This document shows, in pieces, positions 28,123 to 39,107 of a DNA stretch of 64,000 nt. Position 1 is the stretch's first letter. Each line of letters starts with the position of its first letter. Source of the stretch: Trichinella spiralis (lineage: Eukaryota); contig NW_003526943.1 in the NCBI RefSeq assembly GCF_000181795.1, positions 684,487 through 748,486 of the forward strand, read 5' to 3'. Both the position numbers and the translations under genes were made by a program. The notes beneath the pieces are model-generated. The model ran no database searches and was not told the origin of the DNA. It worked only from the letters and a program-made list of their open reading frames with translations.

Positions 28123-28169
28123 AGGTGCCAAGATTACGGTGTAAAATTTGCCGCCAGGATGAGGGTTAA
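28123..28169 (+). mobile_element. Second copy of the piggyBac right end
   Basis: AGGTGCCAAGATTACGGTGTAAAATTTGCCGCCAGGATGAGGGTTAA nearly matches 27786-27832. Confidence 0.85.
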
Positions 28170-29329
28170 TGAACTGAAAGTACTATATTTTATATTTCCT
28201 TACAAGTAAGAAAAAAGAGAAGAAGAAGATTATATATATATATATATATATAATTCATTTATTTAAGATAATAATTAAATTCAATAATATAAAAATTTCA
28301 TGACACAAAACTATTTGCTTAAGTGATTGTGAAATGGCACCAACTGAACATCAGAACACGCAAATTCAAAAACGGCGCAAATTACAATTAATAAAAAATT
28401 GTTGTGGATAGTTAATAAAATAAAAAAATATTTTATGAAGTCAGTGTGGGCATATTTAAGTAACTTTCAAATCAGAAAAATCGGACATGCAATGCGCGTG
28501 ATGACTGGCTTCTTACCTTGCTGTCTTTTAGTAATGGTTATCACGTCAGAAATTAATAGTTGACGTTGAAATTAATAGTAATTAATAAAATGAAAATGAA
28601 ATATAACTATTTCTTAATTTTAAAATGTTAACTGTAGTTTACATTTACACTCTTATTAAACATGAAAATTAATTTATGATGCTTGTTGAAAGCAATGGTC
28701 AAATTTTTCCTTTATTTAAATATTTAATTTTATTCACCTTGTTGACTTTTCACATGCAATTAAGGATTTGATACTTTTAGTGTAAAAGTTCTTTATTCCG
28801 TAAGAAAATATAAACTGTGCAGTAAATTAATTAATATAAACAGCGTATTTTCAAAAGCTGCAATTCCTGGAATTGAAGTAAAAATAGTCAACAGTGAAAT
28901 TGCATCATGGTTATCAGAAATTTCATATATAAATGAGCTAGAAAAAAGAGAAAGCAAGTCCTGAAGACAAGTCCTGAAAGGAGTCAGTCTTGAAGAAGAG
29001 TATGCTTTAAAGATTCAAGGACAGCAGAGCAGTATAGAAATACAGCTCGCAGATATCTATGGAAAGACCGTTCTCCTTTGAACATTGTAATTCAGTGAAT
29101 AAATTGTTTCTATCAGTTTGTTTCATAGCCATTGCCACAACAGTCTAATGATGTGCGAAGTTGTCGCTGACTTGTCAACTACAGCTGGAATCAAAGTCCC
29201 AGTAAAAATGCAATTCTTTACAAAGACGAATAAAGCGCGAAGAAGTACAGCTGGTATCAGAACCTGATTGTCAATAATAGTGCAGTATTGTTTTCTGCCT
29301 GTTCTTCCGGTGTATTTTTTTTCCTACGC

Positions 29330-29738
29330 GATAGTTATAGGAGACGAATATAACGAGCCGCTCCCTCGGGCAGGCTCGTTCACTTCCTCCACCGCGCTAT
29401 TGGCGCATTCGTCGCTAAACGGCGACGGTCGGTATTGACCGGCGGGTTCCCTTTCTTTCCGATTCGCGCTTTCCTGGTGGCATTATAACAATCAAACAAC
29501 AGTCACTATAGTATAGTAAGTATAGTTTTATTGGCAACTGCGAGCGAGGACCGCCGACGAGGCGTTACAGAAAGCTTCTTCGACCCACACAACAACAACC
29601 ACACACATGCACCCATACGCACTACCGTACTCTTCCAGTCCAAATCTGCTTACGGTAGCTTTACCTTTCTTTCGCTTCGTTGTCTGGAGAAATAGTGTTG
29701 TTAGCTCGGTCCGCGTCCGCTACGCATTTATTATATCA
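29330..29738 (-). mobile_element. GC-rich LTR-like remnant(s)
   Basis: Abrupt GC-rich non-coding island with TG-type starts on the minus strand (29489, 29738) and AATAAA on the minus strand. No target-site duplication found. Confidence 0.35.
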
Positions 29739-30203
29739 GCAATTTAGAATCATGAATAAGAAATCCTAAATCGATGTCTTACATGAAAAATATAAATGCA
29801 TTATTATTGATTCTTTTAACTATTTTGCAAATAAGTGTTTTCTTTGCAGTTTAGAAAATAACATCGTTGATAAAATGAACAATTTGAAACCTGATAATCA
29901 TTATACTGTATTACTGTGTGAATAAATGTCTATACAGAAATTAAACGTTTGCGCATGTGAAAAATAAATAACAAAACTTCGTACCTTTAATTTGCTTGTG
30001 GTGCTTCTTTGAATCCTCTTTCTGGCTGCTGTTTGTGTGACTTGATCTTACATCTGTTGCCTCGATTTACATGATAATACAGACCGAACTGACCAAAAGC
30101 TCAACACATATTGTACAAAAAGAATAAGCAACTACGAACGAACAAAGTAATTAAACTCTTTAATCCAAAATCAAAACTGAAAGCATTAAAACTGTTATCG
30201 TCG

Positions 30204-31629
30204 TCAACACCAAAGCCTTTCGCACATTGAAACATCTTCCATTTCGTGCAAACGTCTCTTGTTCTCATCTACGCATGCAGTCCAAAGATCGGGTGTATCC
30301 AAAATCTACATGATAAATTAAACACTCAAGCGTTTAGTCAAACAATACAAATTGTACCATTAACTAGCATTTCTATCACAAAAATTAATATGCTTAAAAG
30401 TTTACTTTACGAACAAGTTCTTCAAACGCCATTTGTACTCCTTTACTTGTCTTTGCACTGGTTTCCAAATAAAGCATCGAATTACTCCAAGCAAATTTTG
30501 CAGCTTCTTCTTCAGTAACTTCCCGCTCATTCTGAAAACTTAAAAATGTGAGAGACTGTGATTAATCGGAAAAATTATTTAAATAATCTTCAAACTTACC
30601 AAATCCACTTTATTTCCAATAAGCATTTTTACAAAATTAGTCTTCGTGTTGCACAGCTTTGCATATTCGATCCACTGCTTAAGACTTTGAAAAGATTTCA
30701 GACAGTTTACATCGTAAACTAAATTTAAACAACAAATAATTCGACTGAAATTTCAACTGGCAATTGAATAATTTTTTTCACATCATCTATAAATAGAAAT
30801 AAATAAATTCAAATAGTTAATGAAAGTTTTATCCTAATAATAATAATACTTTTGAACTGCACATTTAATGTATATTACTGTTACAAATGCAAAGTCAACA
30901 AGCTGAACAGTCGACAACGTTAATTAATTAATTTAATGAAACCCAACAATGAATCATCATACCAAAAACGATGCCATGACAATTTCGATAACACACATGC
31001 GTGGTACTTTTAAATCTTTCCAAACCAGCAGTGTCCTGATAAAGTAGCATTTCTCAAAGTTTTAGAAAATCCAATTCGTTTAGTTTTGATCATAAATTGG
31101 CACATACCCAAAGATGAAGTTTCACGTGCTTTCCGTTCACGAACATGGTTTTAAAGAGATAGTCTACGCCTAAATAAAAAAATGCAAATGTGAAATTGAA
31201 AAATTGCTTAATGATAGTTTTACCAATTGTAGGTCGAACTGAGTCAAATCCATTTTCGGTAAATCGTTTTAAAATACTAAAAAATACCAAATATAAACCA
31301 TCTGTTTCTCGATTTCATCTCCACGGATCAAATAAATTAATTCTCACAGAACATATAAAAACATTTAACTTCATTGAATAATAATTCTGACAGCTGTGAT
31401 ACATGATCTTTTCAAAAGTAATAATTTCATAATATATAACAGAAATACTCCGAATTAACTTCAAACAAAGTCAGATCAAAATGCTACTTTACTGCAGTAT
31501 ATTAATTAATATTTTATGATAAAATAAGTAATCAATTAAAAAAATTAACTACCTCGTTTTACCGACAAAAGAGTCACCGGCAAATGATATTTTTAATTCA
31601 GCAAATATCGATGATTCATTCATCCTCAT
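30204..31629 (-). CDS. Divergent Rab18-like small GTPase (7 exons)
   Basis: Spliced motifs read GDSFVGKTS, PTIGVDY, KLHLWDTAGLERF, MLIGNKVD and ETSAKTSKGVQMAFEELVRKILDTPDLW (Rab18-like AFEELVxKI..TPxLW). Ends CERLWC*. All introns are GT-AG and in phase. Confidence 0.88.
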
Positions 31630-33008
31630 GCAACTAAAGTACTGTAATTAAAGTCCGGATCTAGAAAAAGTAACTTTCTTACTTCAAATTCACCTTCTCA
31701 TATAAAAGTGAAATTGAAAATTGACATGTCCATCCTAAAAGAAATGCACATTATTAAATATTCCATGAAATGTACCGATGATGACGATTAACAAAAAAAA
31801 TCCAACTGAACACCAGCAATTCATGTTGGTGGCAGTTACTTTGTTTACAAATTTTCAGCAAAATTACATCATGTGTAGGTCATGAATTCCTTTTTTAAAT
31901 GATGATTTATTATATTTATGGTTATGTGCTGCTTTAAATTTTGTCATTATCATTAAACTTACCAACTGCACATGCATCTGGAGTTTTTAATAACTTGAGC
32001 AAAGTATGAAAGAAAAACTTATATAGACAAGTCAAATTTAGATGTATACATAATTACAGAATCAACAGTACAGTAAGTAAAATAATGATAATAAAGGTTT
32101 ACAATATTATCTTTGGTGTAAATAACAAACTTCTACAAATAAGCTTCCTAAATTAGCTAATTGCATTAAATGAATTCATTTTCTTAATATTCATTTTTAA
32201 TTTTTATTCAACAAAAAAGTCCTGTTAAAGAAATCAAGCATTTGAACATCGCTTCGATGCTGCTGCGCATGTTTAGCATGCTGGTATGCTCATCTTTCTC
32301 TGAGATTTCTTCACGTATTTTGTCGCTTCGATGCTCACTACAAGATTCTCCGTCTGTCATCCTACACCTAATTGTGAATAATGTTAGGCAACTAAGTAAC
32401 TATTTTCCTAATGTGTCTAGGCTAAGCAAGGAACACAATAATTACAATCGCGGGACGTTACAGATAACATCAAATTTGAGAATAAGAATAAGAAATAAAA
32501 AATGACACTAACCATAAATGGATATTTTTATTCAGTTCCTCATTTATCAATCCTCTTTTTCATTGCCATCTCTGGAAAGTGCCGAGCTCTAGCTTTAGTT
32601 CTAGCTGAATCTCAGTATTACCATATGTCGTACAGAATTGCTCCTATGCTTTGAATTACTACATAGAGAAAAGGCAACGAAAGCCTGGATTGCAGATAAA
32701 AAACTAATCCATACTTCATGCTTGCCGACGAGAATAGTTAACAATGATTATATGGCGACAGAGCATGAGCAGGGCTAATACAGAGATGAAGGTGGTTGCG
32801 GATGCAACTGTGATTGTAAAAACATTAACGTAAAACCTTTCGCATAGTTCAGCATTATGTTGTTGGGTAAAATGAATTGAAAATGCAGCAGATCCGCTGA
32901 AGCACAGCAACGTTATTTGATTTCAAATGTTCAGTATTTCCGTACAATGAAATACATGTACTGAAACTTGAACATATTAGTCAACCCTAGAGTCGGTTTA
33001 GTATAGAT

Positions 33009-33540
33009 CAGTGTTTTTTAAACAGGATTCCGCGAAACCCTGGTGTTCAGCGAGCGGTGTCCAGAGGTTCCGCGAAATATTGTCACAGGTGCAAATTGTC
33101 TGAGGATAAGTCCAGACACTTTGCACACTACAAACGATGACCACACGCGATCATAGTATCTGCCTATAATTTTCTCCACTGTAGGAAATTTGGGTGGAAA
33201 CTATTACTTCTCTAATTTACCTGAGTTCTGTCCATTTTTACTGTAGCTTTCAGTTTTTACTCATTTTGTCGTTATCTCTGTTTTTATCTCATTTAATCGA
33301 ATATTAATTATTTATTTTGTTTTCAACATACCGAATGTGGCAGTTTTTGCAAAGGACACGTCCAAGCAGTTCTGACTTGACTAGTGACGAGGAAATGCTG
33401 CCTTCTGATGCCTTACATGGCACCAATAATAAAAAGAACACAAAGAAGGTCCTTTTGTACAATGCAAGTTACTTGTAAGTGGGCTTTACTTGGACTGGTG
33501 ATCCTTGTTGTCCTATTCTTCAAGACAAATCACAGTCAAG
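33009..33540 (+). mobile_element. hAT (Buster/Charlie-type) 5' end remnant
   Basis: CAGTGTTTTTTAAACAGGATTCCGCGAAACCC terminus with repeated TTCCGCGAAA, preceded by an NNNTANNN site. Degenerate BED-finger transposase N-terminus YNASYL*VGFTWTGDPCCP. Confidence 0.7.
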
Positions 33541-34349
33541 TAAACCTATTACAAATTGGTCTCGAAAACAACATCCAGTTGACCCATGTATTTTTTATAT
33601 GACACATTGCTTTGCCTTTTAAACGTTACCAATAAACAATTAATTCTAGTAGCTATTATCTGCTATTCATTATGCATCTTATTGTAGTAGCCATTATTCA
33701 TCGCAGTTCAACCACCTTATTGGAATATATCATGTATGCCTTAAGAGCTCCAAATTATTGAAAAAGAAAAAACCATTTTCATTTAACTGATGTCCTGTTG
33801 CTATACCTCTTCCATGCAGCTAGGACGGTACATGTTTACTAAACGTCACAATTAAACATTCTAAATTAACGACTAAAAACAGTTGCTAATATTGCATTTT
33901 AAACATATATAACATGATAAAATTAATGCATTAAAATAACCGTGATGCACTCATTTTTTATTGAAACAAATTTTTAAGAAGAATAAAAGTTGAACAAATT
34001 AAAAGATCTAACATCAATTCATTAAACAAAATTACTTTTAAAGTTTATTTAGTATTATCAATAGCGTAAAATTTCGCTTATTTGCTTGCATGACGTGAAA
34101 TTATTCCAGCCTAAATGGTGAACTATATTTAATATTAATGTCTAATTTATTAATGACGTCAAATCATGTACAGTTTTAATTTTCTTTTCCATTTTTGTAT
34201 ACAAGGTTACTTATGAAAATTTAAAAATACATCTTTCTTAGTTTGAATTTTTTTCAATGTTATGAGAAATGCCGCTGTACAAATTTTAAAGTTTCAAACG
34301 AACCAAAAAACAAATATTTTTAGATTTTATATAAATAAAAAATCATTTG

Positions 34350-35280
34350 TTACACTACTGTAGAATTTTGTTCCGTTGCATGTTTCTTCTTTTCAGAAGA
34401 CACTTTTCGTAATGTTTCCTGAATTATCGTCATGCTAGGGCAGGAAAATTGATACTGAATTCCAAACTGTTGCAATTTCTTGTTTGCATTTTTAAGATGT
34501 TTCAAGAGACGAAATTGCATATTCTTCACATTGATTGGACTTTTAACACTATTCTGCTTTTGAACTGTTTTTTTGTTTGCGTAATGTCCTGAAGGCTTTC
34601 TAAACCAATTTCGAAATGCTTCATTACGAACTTTCTCGAGTGGAAGAACTTCACCTACCAAGCACAATACAATTAAAGAAAAATACGAATTTAGAAAATA
34701 AATTTACATCTTAAAATATGGTCAAACATGAGGTAATTATCCATGGTACTAGCAGCAATTTTTGCAACGTCACTGTTTGCAAATTCAATCATTGCGTAGC
34801 CTTTGCTTCTTCCAGTCTTAAAAGTATACGAAATGAAAATAATAACAAAAACAAAAAATAATATAAATTTCTGCAAACTAATTATAAACTGTCCTGATAA
34901 AAATATCTATATTTAATTTCAGTCAATTACTAATAAAAAAAGACATACAGATATATTTATATTTATATATTAAAAAATGAGTTTATCCACACATATAATT
35001 TCATAATTTCAGCATATTCGAAATATACTGTAATTGTTGAAATTCGTAAAAGCAAATGCACCCTCTATCCATCAAACGCACTGCATTAGGAAATAAATTA
35101 ATTTCAAAAGATTCTTTACATGTTCTGAAAATAAAATAAAAATTTCAAAGAGAAAAAAGTTACTTTTTTCGAATGAAACAACTTTAGCCTGTTTAACTTT
35201 CCAAACTGCTCAAAATACTGCCAAAGTTCTGCTTCAAAAAATCCATATGGAAGATTTCGAATCAGTACCACACCGCGCAT
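34350..35280 (-). CDS. NIFK: NIFK/MKI67IP (Nop15-like) nucleolar RRM protein
   Basis: [56 protein letters not shown] across 3 exons. The 5' end may extend further. Confidence 0.9.
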
Positions 35281-35699
35281 CACTGGAAGAAATCTAAACC
35301 ATGTCACTTATTATTTAAATATGATAATGCAAGCAAATGAATGCACTTATAACAAATACTTTCAAATATTATGCGTAATAACAATTATTAGATGTAACGC
35401 AACGAATGTAAATTGCAAGAATAAAACTAAAGGATTACACTAAATCGCGTTGATTACTCTATGTCAGTAAAGAAAACTAAATGTGAAAAAAGCTAACTTC
35501 TCAATATATCACTTAAAATATCTCGCATTAAACATCGCATCGTGATAGTATTTTTGTTTGTACAAAACAACTAAAGATTTTCAGGCACAAAAAACTCTTT
35601 TTTTCTTTAAATAAAATGGCTTCTTTTAAAGATAAAATAACTCGTGTTTATTCATATTCAGTCCATTGTTATTTCAAATACAAGTTATCTATATTAATT

Positions 35700-36070
35700 G
35701 GATATAAAAATGTAATGCACGAAATTTTCCTGTTTCTGATGATCAGGTAATGGGGTTCTGTCGATTCCTTACAGTCAAATTCAAACTTTCTATCGTTGTA
35801 ACAAGACAGGCCTTATCCAGTTGTCCTTCAGTGAGTTACTATCAGGTCGAATCATACTAATAACCTCGAAATCTCTATCTTTGACCACAATTGACCATAT
35901 GACCACACTTCATGCAACCATGAGGGAACAATTCAGAACACAGCTACTTTGCATACACAGAAAACATACCGCACTACTTTTTTTTTGGGGGGGGGGGGGA
36001 GGAGGAAACGGCAATAAGTGCACAACTTTTATTAACGTAACGCTGCGCTGACACGGGTTGAGAACCAGTG
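35700..36070 (-). mobile_element. hAT-like terminus and remnant
   Basis: Minus strand begins CACTGGTTCTCAACCCGTG (hAT-type TIR) next to an NNNTANNN site (TTTTAAAG). The inner boundary is uncertain. Confidence 0.45.
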
Positions 36071-36120
36071 TTTTAAAGCAACGGCGCCGTAAATTATACC
36101 GAAAGGCAGTTGCAAATCCT

Positions 36121-36121
<1 letters not shown>

Positions 36122-36162
<41 letters not shown>
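36122..36162. repeat. (TAA)n microsatellite
   Basis: About 13 perfect TAA units. Confidence 0.95.
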
Positions 36163-36163
<1 letters not shown>

Positions 36164-36389
36164 GCTGAATAGTACAAAAAATAATGCGAATTATTTCTAA
36201 CAACAGGTTTTCTTAATTTGGGTATGAAATGATTTGCAAAGCTTTAGTCATTCACTGAACAAACACCAAGTCCCTTATTAGCATTTATTTGTGAACAATT
36301 AGCATACGAAATTACAGATAATTCTAATTTGACAGAAAGATGCAGTCAAATTATTGCATATTTTATCTCAGCAGTATAACTTTGGCGTG

Positions 36390-36453
36390 AAATAATGTGG
36401 TCAAGTTTCAACACTGGGGGGTTTTTGTAGTTAACCAGTGTCATCGGACCACT
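36390..36453 (-). ncRNA. Y RNA-like gene, copy 1 (terminator degenerate; possibly a pseudogene)
   Basis: AGUGGUCCGAUGACACUGGUUAACUACAAAAACCCCCCAGUGUUGAAACUUGACCACAUUAUUU. It has the GGUC(C)GA/UUGACC bulged helix and an 8-bp upper stem GACACUGG/CCAGUGUU. Confidence 0.75.
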
Positions 36454-36475
36454 GATAGTAGCTTTCCAGTCATGC

Positions 36476-36517
36476 TATTAAAACAGTATAAATTAAATAC
36501 GAATGTTTAATTGGGTT
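36476..36517 (-). promoter_or_regulatory. Putative type-3 Pol III promoter (TATA-like plus PSE-like) of Y RNA-like copy 1
   Basis: TTTTAATA at about -30 to -23 and AACCCAATTAAACATTCGTATTTA at about -64 to -41. Both are shared with copy 2. Confidence 0.55.
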
Positions 36518-36627
36518 GGAAAGAAATTAATTTGTAAAATATAATTGCAGAATTAAAATTATTTTAAAACATTACACATAGTAGAATTCTAAAATATATA
36601 CTCTAAAGTGTATTACTAATTATTTAT

Positions 36628-38462
36628 GGGATAGTCTCTCTCGGTATAATTTTTGTGATTGCGTTCCTATTGGTTGGCAAAACGCCTGTTTCTCATTGGA
36701 TAGCTTCTGATTCCATAGCTATTGCGTAATTCCATTGGGCGTGTCACCTAAACTTTTCATTGATTGAAATTTTTCTTCTCTGATAAGCTACAATTCTTTT
36801 TTATTTCATTGGCCCAAATTTTTGATTGCATAACAACATAGCATTTGACCTGGAATTTGACAGTGGAATTTTTTCATTGTTTACAGCTGTTTCTCCTTTT
36901 AAATATTTACTTTTCCACTTTGTGCTTTTTGTGATTAGTATTTGGAATATTATTTAAAGAACATTTCTATGTTTTACTGTTATGCTAGCCATCTGAAGTT
37001 TAATTTTTTGAAGTCAATTTTTCTAAATAAAATTTACTTTTCAATGCTCAACAACAACAATATCAGTAGTAAATAACAGAGAATAACGTGAATAATTAAT
37101 AACAGTGTCAATAAGAAACAATAAAAAATAAAGTGAATAATAAACAACAGCAAATAACAGATAATAACAACAATGATAATAAAATATTATACAAAAATTA
37201 TTATACAAAACCACCACTTGGAAGGCGGCATTAAATCGGCTCTGGAGTGAGGTATATCAAAGCTTCAAGAAACCGCTCGAAGGTACGCCTGCCGCTGGTG
37301 TATTCACCCATATAGATCATAACCCGTCGTTGCTTTTCCGCTTACTTATTGTTTTTTTGTCTAATGGAACCAGCCACAGGATTTCTTGAGAGCAGCTGAT
37401 TAACTAGCGTTTCCATCACGCCTTGTTCTTCTTTAAGAAAATGCTGTTGAGCCGATTATGCCAGCCTCACTCTGCGTCAGCAGAAACGTTTTCCAAGATT
37501 TTGTTCTTGTAAATTCAGGTCCTAGAACAAGATCCTGATGATCTCTGGGAAGTCTGGGGAAACGTTTCGCCCGTTGGTTATACATGGCATTTCTGACTTC
37601 TCTAAAGAACGGAAATTGGGCAGATGTTGATGGTTCAGCAGAGACAGCTGCGGCTTCTTTATCATAGATTTGCGGGATGGTCTTCGCTTCTTCCGCACTC
37701 CGCTTTTTTAAAATGGCCCTTTTTTCCATTCTGTAGGCCGTGTGTTCATCCACTGAACAATCGTCACCATGGGGAGTCCGCTTGATCGCCGCTGTCACAT
37801 CCAGGTTGGTGGTTACTCCACCTTTGCCCCCCTTTTTTATACTGTACCAAAACAGAACGAATTCTTAATAACAAAGTACATATTTAATATTTTCAAAGCA
37901 CATACCTCGGAACATCCCCAATTTTCACCCGTTTTCCAGTATATGCCTGTATAGCAATTTGTATGCCCTGCCTTCATACACAAGGGACGTACCACCACGA
38001 CGATTTGTTGCAAGACGTAACTTAACTCAGCCATCACGAATTAGCCTGCTGTTGGCTGTTCTTTACTGTTGTTGTTGCTGCTGTCGGGTAGTGAAAAATA
38101 AAAATCACTATCTAACTTATTTTTTGTATTGTTTTTTCTGAATTATTACTATCGCATTTGATATAACGTCACTTTGGCACAATAAAATATAGAATAATGA
38201 TAAAAATTATTTTCAGGAATGCTGATCATAAAGAAGTATAAACTTCACCACAAATAATATATTTAAATAAACAAAATTTCAATGAATGACGAAACTTCAA
38301 ACAGACACAATAAAGTTTTGGAATTATATTTCCATTTTTTATGTTACGGATATTTGCTAAATGGGATATTTGAACCAATGAAATGAAAAAATATTACAGC
38401 TAATCACAACGGAAAAATTTCAATTAATGAGCAATTAGACAAGGAAAACCAATACGACGTAA
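36628..38462 (-). mobile_element. Defective Mutator-like (FLYWCH/MULE) element
   Basis: Transposase fragments NRRGGTSLVYEGRAYKL, RMEKRAILKKRSAEE..IPQIYD and AMYNQRAKRFPRLP. Degenerate long inverted repeats pair 36758-36822 with about 38368-38431. Outer boundaries are approximate. Confidence 0.8.
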
Positions 38463-39107
38463 TTTAAATCATGATTTTTTTAAATAACATTCCATGTTAA
38501 ACAATAGCAACGTAGATACAGATTGTAGAATAAAGCTGAGGCTATGTACTAATGATAAGAATGAGAATTGCACCTGAGTTACTTTATATACCGTAATTGT
38601 CATGCTTTGTTTTTTAGTTTCTCCTTTTATACTTTTATTTCTCAAGTTTTTAAACGTTTTATTTTTTAAGTTTAGTAATTCACTTTTATTTTCTAATATA
38701 TACTTTTTTATTTTTCTTCAAGTGAACATTAGAATTTTGTAGAAATTCCAACTGTGAACGTGTTATCGTTATCGTTTTAAAATATGTTTTTTCGAAAGAA
38801 AAGGAAAAATATTTGGGTAGTGGATTTGCCACCTGATAATTGTTTTCTGTATTGTTCTATTAATTTTTATATGTATGATATAATTTGTATGTATATATGC
38901 GCTGTTGTTATAAGTTGAAATACATAAGCAGCTTTTTATCTCTTTTAAAATACGTGTTTTGGTTTTTTTATTTATACGTCAGTTTCCATATTAAATTTGA
39001 GGAGCAGAAATGAGTTACACTATTAAAAGTATTTTAAAGTTTTACAGGATAAATATTATTAATTTATAGGGAAAATATAGAATTATTTTATCGTTTGTGC
39101 TTTCAAA

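Noticed and set aside
32209..32910. Possible small spliced membrane-protein gene on the minus strand
   Set aside because: Could not assemble a consistent open exon chain or recognise a family.
33009..36070. Inward-facing hAT termini flanking NIFK as a composite, gene-capturing transposon
   Set aside because: The flanking 8-mers differ (GTATAGAT vs TTTTAAAG) and the termini differ in sequence, so these are two independent relics.
35910..36203. 97-aa ORF with poly-Ile and poly-Pro
   Set aside because: Artefact of the (TAA)n microsatellite and a G-run.
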